Shown: positions 12,838-26,439 of the stretch, in pieces
How positions within the stretch are numbered: the stretch's first letter is position 1
How the letters are laid out: every line of letters begins with the position of its first letter
Assembly (NCBI GenBank): GCA_009103225.1
Contig: RHPI01002368.1
Span: 202,772 to 266,771, forward strand
Origin: Chlorokybus atmophyticus
Taxonomy: Eukaryota; Plantae; Mesostigma and Chlorokybus algae
Reading direction: 5' to 3'
Length of the DNA: 64,000 nt
The notes under the pieces: generated by a model
The model's input: the letters and a program-made list of their open reading frames with translations, nothing else
The model's database searches: none
Told to the model about the DNA's origin: nothing
Program-made: the position numbers and the translations under genes

Positions 12838-15800
12838 GGAATATGTGCAAAGATGCTGCCTGTAAGTTCCACAGTCTGTAGTGTGTGTGTGTGAGCGTGT
12901 ATCTGGGTATGCGTAGGTGGGTATGCACTTGTGTACGCGTGTATGCGAGCCTTCATTGTATATATGCGAGTGTGCGTGAGCCCGCGCGCGCGCACTTTTG
13001 CATGTGGACACATGCAAGAGTGTGCCCAGCCACACATGCAGAATGCGCGTGCATGTGCAATCTGCATGCATGCGTGTACACAAGTGTAAAAACCAACCTT
13101 TCTCCCCACACCAACAGGAAGCCAAGGCGATTGAGACTTTGGCCGAGCCTGATCTCGTCGTCCCCCGCGCGTTGATATCGGACGAGCAGCTCTCCACACT
13201 CATTCACAACAGCACCTTTTCGTTTGCTGATATGGGCGACGGGACCGATATCGCACACGACGAAGCCACGGGCATCGTCCAGCGACGCCTGCATAATGGG
13301 ATCAAGGTTAACTATAAACAGACGTCGAATGAAGCGAGGGGAGGAGCCATGAGGCTCGTCGCTGCAGGTGGGTGTGGGGTGGGGTGGGGTGGGGTGGTGG
13401 TTGCGTGACATCTACATTGCACGAACACACACTGTACACGTACATGCGTGCGCGTGTGTTTGTATCACGCGTGTTTTTTGTGTGCGTATGCGTGTATGCG
13501 TGCGCTCTGTGTTCGTGCAAGTTCAATGCCAGTCAAATGTGTAGCTTGAGAGTGAGCTACACATTTCCTTTTCGTTTGTCGATGTCAGTGCCTATAACTG
13601 TGTGTGTGCAACTATGTTACCTAAGGTGTGGTCGTTGGTTCTGGTGCATATTATGGGATTTGTATGCGGTTAGATGTTAGTCTTATTACTGTAGCAAGCC
13701 TATACTATGAGTTTCAAGCAGCGCAGCTTATTTTTATCGAGGTACATGTTTCCTGAGTTACGTCTTTTGCAACAGGTGGCAGGGCGTTGGAACCCAAAGA
13801 TGCCATTGGCTGTGTTGCCGTTGGCACCCGTACCCTCAGCGAAGGGGTAAACCGCCGTAAACCCACATTTCATTCTCAACACACACATTTTATGCTGATC
13901 GAGTCATACACATCACGACATATTGCGGTATACAGGGCGCAGTGGGGAGGTTTTCAAGGGAGGAGGTTGAGCTTTTCTGCGTGTCCAACCTAGTTAACTG
14001 TGTGGTGGAGGCGGACGAGGAGTTCTTGTGCATGGATTTCCACTTCTCCTCTCAACCATCCGCCCTTTCTGCTGCCTTCCAAGTAAGCACGTACACATGT
14101 GTTTGTGCTTGCATGTGCGTAGTGTGGTATTGACAACATGTGCTAAGTTTGCACGTTTTTCCATTGCAGGTGCTTCATCTTGTGTTGGAGCAGCCTGTCT
14201 GGTCTGCGGATGCGCTCGAAAGGGCCAAACAGCTGTACGCGTCGCATTGGAGAGGCATCCCAAAGTCGCTGGAGCGTGCAACTGCCAACAGGTGTGCTGA
14301 GAAGAGTGTGTTAGACACACAATGACATTATGTACTTCACACAAGAGCGCATTCGCGGGGACTCGTGCACGCGTGCGGGCGCTGCACATATATACGCAGG
14401 TCTTGGTTGCACACATGCACACACATGCACATGTGTGTGTGTGTGCGCCCGTGCACTCACCCACATGCATGCGCACACACATACATGCACGCACATCCAC
14501 AAACATCTACACATACATACTTACACATGCGCGCGTGCAGGTTAATGCGGGCGATGTTTGGGGGTGACGGGAGGCTGCTTGACCCGAGTCCCTCGGAGGT
14601 GGCGGCACTCACGCTGGAGGGCGTGCAGCGCGCTGTGATGGAACAACTTGTCACAGGTAAGAGAAGGGGGAACAACAACAACAACAACATCAGATCACAT
14701 GGAGCTACTATGTTTTTTCTGTTTCTATGGCATACTACGCGGTCGTCGTTGCATAGCACTGACTCACACATTGCTGTGCGGAACAGTAGTTAGTGTTCAT
14801 GTACTCGTATCCTGCACTGCAGTCACGTTTCTGGTATCTGTGTATGCATCTAGACTGTGTGGTTCGACTCACGCCATGTTTGTTGGTCTCATGCAGACAA
14901 TGTAGAGATTGATATAGTTGGCGATTTTGATCCCGCCGAGCTGGAGCGCTGCATACTGACTTATCTCGGCACCGTGAAACCGCGCCTTGGTAACAGCAGC
15001 CACTTACAGAAGCAGGAGAAGCTCTCGGTGAGTTGAACTGTTTTATGTGCATGTTGTGTCAAGTACCCATTGCTGTATACACACAGCGTTACTCTGTGCA
15101 CGATGTGTTGTATATCACAACTTGTCATGTAATTTGTTATGTACGACACAACTTCCTTTGTGTTGCATATGATGTTGTCTTTGAACTTCAACTGTTGTGT
15201 GTATGTGCGTGTCTATCAGATATCAAGCAGTGTGCCCGCAAGTTCGAGGAGGCAGCGGTTATATCTGCGGGATTCAGACGAGAGGGCATGTGCTTATCTG
15301 GCGGGCAGGGCTCCCAACAGGTGGGGTTATCTTGATATCGGCGAAAGGTCTGATACTGGACCCTCTCGCGACGATATCAGCGAGAACCCTGAAGCCACCG
15401 TGGGCGCGATAGAAGAGGGCAGGACCGATGTCGGCACCGCTACTACCAGCAGCAGCAGCAGCACATATGTTGGCACGTGTGCCGATGTCAAAGACAATAT
15501 TGTTGATCTGAATGTGGCACTGTCGTATGCACCCGCCGAAGCCACACCAGAACAGCTCGCAGCATTGGGTTCCGGCATTGAGGTAGCAGCATTGCAAAAG
15601 TCGTGACATGGTGTTCATAACAAGCGCGTGTGTGCGTGTCTGTGCGTGCGTGCGTGTGCACGCGCATAGAACTCACACACATGCGTATGTGTGAGTTCAA
15701 AAGTGTCCAAACATTGCCTCGCACAGCCCAGTTAGTCTCGAGTAACCCACACACGATGTATCTTCATCCTCGGTGTTGTTTGTGCAGGTAAGGTGGGACG

Positions 15801-17136
15801 AGAGGGCGGGGAAGCATGTGCTCGTGAGGCCGCGGCACCCGCTGTGGGCCGCGGTGTCGATGGGCCTGCTGACGGAGGTCGTCAATGCGCGCCTATTCAC
15901 CACAGTACGTGACGCCATGGGCCTCACATACGACGTCGGCTTCGAGCTCTCTTTATTCGACCGCCTCAACACTGGATGGTACGGCCATATGTGTGTGTGC
16001 GTGCGGGTGTTCGCATATGCATATGTACGTGCGTACACACGCACATACACACCCAGCACACGCACGCACGCATGTGTGCGTGCGTGCCTGTTAGTGCATC
16101 TATGCGTGCATGCTTGTGTGCGTGCGTGTTGCATGTGTATGCACACGCTTTCCATAGGCGTGTAATTGTGTAGTCTGTGCCTCTTTACTTATGCATTTCG
16201 TATCCTTTGTGTCAGGTTTGTGGTGAGCGTGACGTCGACGCCAGCAAAGATCGAGGAGGCGCTCCAGGCGTCTGTTTCGGTGCTGAGGGGCATCAAGTCG
16301 AGCCCCGTGACGCACCGCGAGCTCGAGCGCGCCAAACGCACCCTACTCACGCGCCACGAGAGCGACCTCAAGGACAACAATTACTGGCTGGGCCTCCTCA
16401 CACACCTCCAGGTGCGCGAGATAGAGAGAGAGCGTGTGTGTGTGTTTGTGACGAGGTTGTTTGTATGGCTGGCAGCAGACCAAATGCAATGGTTGTCATT
16501 CGAGCACTCACTTGTTGACTGCATGGTTGGTGTTTGGACTGATCAACTGTCTGATGACTCACTCTCTGTTTCGCTCACCCTACTTTTCATTGATTGACAG
16601 ACCATTCATTGGGTCATCAGTTTGAATGCGTGCAGTGGTCATGAATTGAAACCGTGAAATTGACTGGTTGCTGTCTCAGGCGGACTCGGTGCCGAGGAAG
16701 AGTGTCGGTTGCGTGCGCGACATGCCGTGGCTCTATGAGAATGCCACAGTGCAGGACGTTCAGGAAATGTGAGTTTGCCGCTTGTGGCCCCGCCCCGCCC
16801 CAACAACAACATGCACATGCATGTTACGTTTTGTCAAATGTCTCAGTCTGTGCGGGTTAGATGTAAACTTGCTTGATACTGTGCAGTTACGACGCATTGG
16901 ATTTGAGGGATGAGGCCATCTTCACGAGCGTGGGTGTGGCGGGGCGGCGAGATCCTAGCGACGCCGGCGACATCGACCCGGCGGACTTTGTTGATGCGCA
17001 ACGCATTGATGAGGAGATTGGCGATGATCTCGAGGACGACGTGAACACCCCACATCTCGACGCCTTCCCGGGGGCGATGACGTCGCATGGGCGCGGGCGG
17101 TCAATGGTGACTCTGCCTACCACCGATGCGTTGTAA
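8243..17136 (+). CDS. SPP: Chloroplast stromal processing peptidase (M16 insulinase-family zinc metalloprotease), about 20 exons
   Basis: HxxEH motif in GLAHLIEHVTFLGS; plant SPP-like blocks LPSHPKLIRGTLDNGLKYVVLPN, SNAYTDFHHTVFH, ENKLSCRCPIGLEEQIK, WYFPANATLFLVGD, ELINARLFTTVRD-like EVVNARLFTTVRDAMGLTYDV, ESDLKDNNYWLGLLTHLQ and C-terminal GRGRSMVTLPTT. Exons approximately 8933-9452, 9789-9914, 10274-10422, 10872-11306, 11442-11583, 11887-12072, 12549-12764, 13118-13367, ... 16888-17136. An S/T/R-rich transit-peptide-like exon lies at ~8360-8568; the exact start codon (candidate ATG 8243) is uncertain. Confidence 0.93.
9531..9645. repeat. Near-perfect 43-bp direct repeat within an SPP intron
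   Basis: TGCCGTGGGATGGTCTTTTGTGTGGGTATTTGTGTGGGTGCAA at 9531-9573 and the same with one substitution at 9603-9645. Confidence 0.9.
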
Positions 17137-18183
17137 TGATTGTGTTGGGTGATTTGGGCAACCCCTTTTGTTCATAACAGATGTAGCACATTGTTTTGGT
17201 TTAGTTGATGAGTTGAGCGCGATTGCATAATGAATGTGCATTGCGGTGTTGACATTGTGTTGACAAGGTGAATGGCCCCCTCCCTTTTCCAGCCCCTGCC
17301 AAGTTTAAACAGGTTGTTGAGCACTCGAGCATGCACGTCGTCTGAATGTAGGTCGTGTTTGCCTTTAAGCCTTCATTGTCAAAATGCTTGAGTTCAATGT
17401 GTGCTTTCTTAGTTGATAAGTGCAAATCGGTCATGCGCTTCATTGCACTACTTTCATAACATAATGTCACCGGCATGATTAAGGACGTTGGGAAATCATG
17501 CAATGCACACCCTATTATAAATGTTTGTACTCCAGTTGCAGAGTACAGTACGCCATAAGAGGAGAAATAGGAGGCAGTGCACATTTGAGAGGACCTGCCC
17601 GTTGATGCATGGGTCAACCTTTTATGCACCTTGCTTATATCGCTGTCATTGCGCCAAGGATGTTAACCGAGGGGCTGATGTGTGCCAAAACAGGACAAAA
17701 ACGGAACCTGATGGCGCAGAACAAACAACAATTCCCACGGCTGTGTATTGACTACAAGCGGTGAGCTGCAATGCTGTGCAGCACAGCTACTCACTGCAAA
17801 GGGGGGTGCCCATGCACAGAGCACTCGTTCTTGAGACATGTAGGACCGGCACTTGTGTTGTCCAAGTTGTCGTGCACCACGTGCGGGTAGCAATGTTAGC
17901 AACGGCAATGGTGCAGCAGCAGCGGTTCCACAATAATGCAGTGCGACAGCCCTTCTCCCTCTCCTCCTTCTCTCCCTCACCCCGCTCCTCTCTCTCCACC
18001 TCCCTCCTCTTCCTGTCACCGTCGCACCCTTGTGTCGCAGCCGCTGTAACCCTTGTGCGTAGCTGAGTTGAGCGCAGGCAGAGCGGCGGCGGTTCTGTGC
18101 GTGAGAGTGAGTGCATCGAGTGCTGCCAACAGCAAGCGCTCAGCTCTCTGGTGTGAGATTGTCGTCGCAGCAGCGGCGGCAAG

Positions 18184-21251
<3,068 letters not shown>

Positions 21252-21819
21252 CACGCGCACGCGTCCTGTTCAACTAGTTGCCAAAAACAAGTAGATCTCT
21301 CTGATCGCTTTTCCACACCAGGCTGCTCTAGTGACTTGAGCAGCTTTTCTTGTCTGTACCCAATGGCCCTTCACCACGGTCACATGCCTGTTAACTCGCA
21401 ACATCAGCCTTTACCACGCGTAAGTCACCTGTCCACCATGTCATGGCACGCAGTGTCCACGACAACTTCAGCACAAACCGGCATGCATGCTGATACGACG
21501 TCGGACGTTGTAGGCAGCTTGTACGCTTACCGATTGGTCAAATGGTAAGTGTGTGTCTGATGACAGCGGCAGAAAGGGCAACAGCTGCCGTCAGCGATGA
21601 CGGCAGCTGTAGTGCCGCAGTGCCTGTTGCGGAAGTTACAGCTAACCGCTATCTGGATCTGCACTTGTGGAGTGTTGTTGCAACAGTGAGCGAAACTTGA
21701 AAATTCAATTCACTATTGCAATGACGCTTCACACACTGCGTGAGTGACACGTATGCTGGCATACGCGCATCATGCATACAAATGCATACAAATGCAATCT
21801 CAATTATACTGCGTACACA

Positions 21820-22280
21820 CGTTGACGGGCGGGGGGTTCTGTGCAACTCATAGTGATGGACCTCTCCCGCAACCAAAAGGGTGTCAAGCTTTCAGAAGTT
21901 TGCTTCCTCAACGCGATGATGCTACTGTCGATTAGTCTGATATATAGGCACGAGCACGCGCACACACCCATGCACACGCACACCTATGCATACAGGTGTT
22001 GAAGCTGCCTCCAGTGCGCAGCTTTACAACCGACTGGTGCGGATATGACCTCTCCAAGGTGAGACCAACAATGTACCTTTGAGTTGCTCACCTTCCAGCC
22101 TATGCGCAGATGGGTTCTGGCAGCCGGCAGCAGGCGTACGTGCTAGGCGACATCATGCGTCCATGGAGTCCAACCCAGTGCATTGCGGCGCCGTGTGATG
22201 TTAATGTGGATGGTGGGGGAGTGTGCCTCATCATGACGGTGGAGCAGCTGGCACCTAGTATGAGGTGGCTTACAGCATGA
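21820..22280 (+). pseudogene. Degenerate BAHD fragment (exons 8-10; copy 2)
   Basis: VQLIVMDLSRNQKG (exon 8-like), a 63-nt exon VLKLPPVRSFTTDWCGYDLSK with intact flanking splice sites (~21996-22060), and a frameshifted exon-10-like sequence (MGSGSRQQAYVLG...). Confidence 0.75.
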
Positions 22281-22499
22281 TACTGTGAGTTTGTGTGTAT
22301 GGCACGCACATGTGTGCTGCTGCCAGCAGAAACACCTGTACTGAACGCTGCCTTTCCACGAAAAGCAATATGGTCTCTCAGGCTTCTCTACTTGTGTGCG
22401 TGCCTTTGACCTGCTCATCAATGCGTGTTGACACACATTTGCTGTCACCTCGCAGCTTGCAGTGCGCGTCCATGCAGTGAATGCATGTTGATGCAATCA

Positions 22500-25400
22500 G
22501 TAAGGTCCAGCCTGTACGTAGGTCACAGCAAACTCCTAAATGATGCAGAGCCAAAGGTTGTTCCATGGGAACACTGCGCCTTCAGGCTCGTGGCGCTCGC
22601 GTATTTCAAACACTCACCAGTGCATCCCCATATGGTGGCACGCAACTCGACAACAGCACAGTATCCAGCCATATATGCTGTCAACATATTATAATACGAC
22701 CATGCAGGCAGCTGGTACAGTCACTTCCTTACGACATTCAGTAGAGCAACAGGGCGAAGCAGCACCTGCGACACTTTGTGGACGGTCAGTATGCCACCGC
22801 TGGAGAAGCTCAAGTCTTGAGGCGCCCACCTGCTAGCACTGAGTTGTACATGTATCAAGCCAGCCTCTACATTGTTATTAGCACCAACTCACATATCTTG
22901 CAGAGCAGAAACCCTGCATGGAGGCAAGCTGGCCCCAGCATCGAACACTGGCTGATCATGATCAATTGACATCAAACTGGCACAACTAAGAGATTGCCAT
23001 GCTAACGTCAGGTACAAATGCTGAGTCTGTGCGTGAGCTTTTGTTTCGTTTGCTTGCGGGTCGCCACCATAAACAGCTGCGAAGTGCATACTGTCAATGG
23101 TCAGCAAAGCTTGTAAGTTTGCGATGTGGTGTTCCCCCAAGCGATGTTACCATGCGTTTCCAGAAACTATGCCGATACTGCGCCCAGTAGCATCAAAACT
23201 GGCACAGGTACCAACTGTTCCATTCGCCACACAGCTTCAGTAGCAGCTACTGCCTGGTTGTGCAATGCAGCGTGACGGAATTGTTGTGGCAACACTCTGG
23301 CAACGCTTGGTGAGACTTCACAACAGTGGAAATGTAGCTACTTGCTGATGTTTAGCTCGCAGTAGCAAGCTTGGTGAGATCAGTGTCGTGGATGTTACTG
23401 CTACACTGACTCGAGCATGTACATACAATGTGGCGTGCAATGTATTGAAACCCCATGATACCAAGCAGAGCAGCGCTATGCTACTTTCTTGAGCAGAGGT
23501 TTGTTGACAGTTGTAGCGGATCATTTATAGTACACTCTCTTGCTACACTCTGCTGCTACTCTTGTTACACTCTCTGGCTTCAATCGACGCACGAAGGCAA
23601 ACACTGAAGCAAGACAGCAACACCAACTTGCACAATCACACCGCTGACCTATTGTGGACCTGGGGTCTTCAAGTAAGAGAGCTATGCTTCCATGGCTGAA
23701 ACGGCACTCTGTGCCTCAGCTAGTTTACTGCCGCCGCCGTCGCTTGCTCTCAGCTAAGCTGCGCAGGCCGCAAGCGGCTCTCAGCTCAAGTTGACTGTGC
23801 CACACAACGCCCGGTTGTGGTTGTGTGCTGGACTACAATGGCGCAGTGTGCATGCACTGAATGCCATGCACGGTAGCTTAGCTTTGCCTAAACACGTGCA
23901 TGCATGCTGCTCAATGCCCGCATGTGAGAAAGGCTGCTGCGCCGCATGTGCGCATGCCACCACTGAGCCCTTTATCTCAACCTCATCAGCGCCGAAGCCA
24001 GCTTGGGTCGTTTCTCTGAAAATAAAAGATACCCTATACCAAGAGTAGGTGACCGTTGGTGTTGATTGTACATGTATGCATCCCGTGGACAGTACACAAC
24101 ACAGGTTGTATTGCACAACACAACGCGGGTTACACATGTTGACAGTATATGTCAATGAGTTGTCTTCGCGGTTTGCACAAGCTCGGTGCTTGTTGCGCCA
24201 TATGAGTACACAGTCACAATCACTACAGTGTAGTGCGGTACGTCTTCCGCACGCCAAACCTACGCTGTGAATGTTTCTATATGCATGTACTTCACCACAT
24301 GCATAGTGGTGATTGACTTGGTATGGTCAAGGACAATGCCTTTCCAGCAGGTAAAGCAACTTGGCTGGCACCAGATGCCCTCAACCAGTTTGGGCGTTAC
24401 AACTAGAGTTGCTGCATGTATCCTTGCTCCCTTGTCTGTTTGTTGGACGTTGCACTTGTTGGATCGGCAAAACACAATGTGAACATGTGTATGCATTGGC
24501 AGGGGCTACCTACATCGACCTCAGCGACGTCAACTACGCCCTCTACAGGTGGAAAAGGCAACACGTCTCTTGTGCTGCTATTGACTCTTTTGCATGAACA
24601 GCACGCTTGATAACGTTTGCACACTCACACACGCACGAACAGACAACTGTATAGGGTATGTGAAGTGCTGTGTGATACACGCATACATATGCAACATGCA
24701 CACCAACACCAACATGCGGGCGGAAGGCGAGACTCACTGCGGGGGCGGGCGTATCAGGCTCTTCCACTACTCCTTGTGTTATGTCAACAACACGCACTTC
24801 AAGTCCATAATGGCAGTAAGTAGTAGCTACACACAAGTGCTGCCGCTCTATATGCATCACCAAAGTGAGGCAGTGACACCAGTCAAGCACCTGCGGGCGT
24901 TCGTGTATGGGAATTTTGCATGTCAACCGTCGAGTCTTTATGATGCAACACGGTTGCGGTGAAGCTGGACTCTACTTGTAGCTATTCTTGCGGTTGCACC
25001 CTCATGGACAATGTAATGACAGAGTTCAGTTCTCCTCCTCGTTGCATGACAAGACACGCTGCATGCGAATCTGTTCGTGTCTACAGGAGTATGTGCGTGT
25101 CTACGTGTGTGCGTGTGTATGTTGGATGTGCTCACATACTCTATGCTTCGGCAGAAAGCGATTTTCGCCTACACCAACATCAAGCTTGGTCGGGATTCTG
25201 CTGCTAAGACCTTCAATATTGTATGTATGACAACCACAAACATGTTTTTACCCCAGGCATCTAGAGGGAAAACACACATTCTTTACGCTTATGCAAATGC
25301 TGCAGGCTCTGCCTTGTAAAGCTTGGGTTTTCCCCAACTCACCAGCAGTGGTCTGCCCCCGGCCACCTCCACCCAGGTCTGAGCTCATATCCAACGTGGT

Positions 25401-26170
25401 GTGCATTGCTAATATATGCACGCAAATAGCAATCATACGTGGTGTGCATTGCCAATATATGCACGCTTGACTAGTTAAAACGATCACAGTCGACAATCCT
25501 CTCTATGCACTTTGGGAAGAATTTGGCTAGCAACGCAAACCGCTGCTAACTTCCGGGGACTGCTTCAACAAACCAACTTCAGCTACGAGGCGTACATTTC
25601 ATATTTCTTTCTGCCTTTCAAGGTAAAGTACTTCCACTCATGGGACAGGTGGCGAGTATGCTTGATTTGGCGCCTGAGGCGGCAACTTCCCGTGGTGTCA
25701 AGACTGGCAATAAGAAATCCTGAATGTTAGACAAACAATTCCTTCAATACATTGAAGTTATCCACTTCGTGTGCGTCGTTTGTGTGTAGGTGATGTCGAG
25801 CGCAAAAACTCTCATAAACTACTCTCACTCGCAGACATGTGCTCAATGCGCGAGGTAGCATCAACAATTTAACGAACAGCAACTATCACAACGAAGAAAC
25901 CGGGCTGATTGAACACTGCTACACAGTAAATGTGACATGCACATCTTTATGCGGACTATGAACTGGACGCTACACATGCACTCTGAATGCCTACAGTGTA
26001 GTACATGCAGCGTTAGCTTTATTGTTGATCCGCCTGTGCGTACGACGCTTACAGCAGTCATGATTACGCAGTGATGTGCATGGTAATACTTACAATGGAG
26101 TTACGACCAGCAAGGGCACGCCCTACTTCATGAACATGCCAGCTGCAAGCGGAGGTCAACATGACATTGA
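22500..26170 (+). other. Cryptic multi-exon coding remnant, possibly with OTU-like and Ulp1/C48-like protease motifs; gene or transposon cargo
   Basis: Several short segments with strong C-ending codon bias bounded by AG/GT: ATYIDLSDVNYALY (~24502-24548), LFHYSLCYVNNTHFKSIMA (~24758-24814, followed by GTAAGT), KAIFAYTNIKLGRDSAAKTFNI (~25156-25220), AANFRGLLQQTNFSYEAYISYFFLPFK (~25540-25622). Some stops are present. The domain assignment is by eye only. Confidence 0.35.
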
Positions 26171-26439
26171 AACACAAGGCTAATGCATGCGCTGGATCGG
26201 CTTGAACCATGCATATATAAAGCTTGTTTAGTGTTGATGTCCATTGGTGACTCTTTCAGTCCAGCTCAGTTGCACGCTGGCAAAGTGCTTCAGTGCATAC
26301 GCAAATACTGTGCATGCGGATGTATGCATTGCACTGGGCCGTCTTGAAGGCGAACAGATGCATCACTTACATAGCAAGCTGCATGAACAACCTCTTGTTA
26401 CACAGTGAATACACGATGATATGCCTGTCAAGTCTCATC

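Noticed and set aside
285-16600. Dozens of Cys/Val/His/Thr/Ala/Arg-rich ORFs (CVCV..., HTHT...) in the ORF track
   Set aside because: They are translations of stop-poor RY-alternating intron tracts, not proteins.
17201-17629. 142-aa minus-strand ORF downstream of SPP
   Set aside because: No recognisable motif, codon bias or splice context; probably chance.
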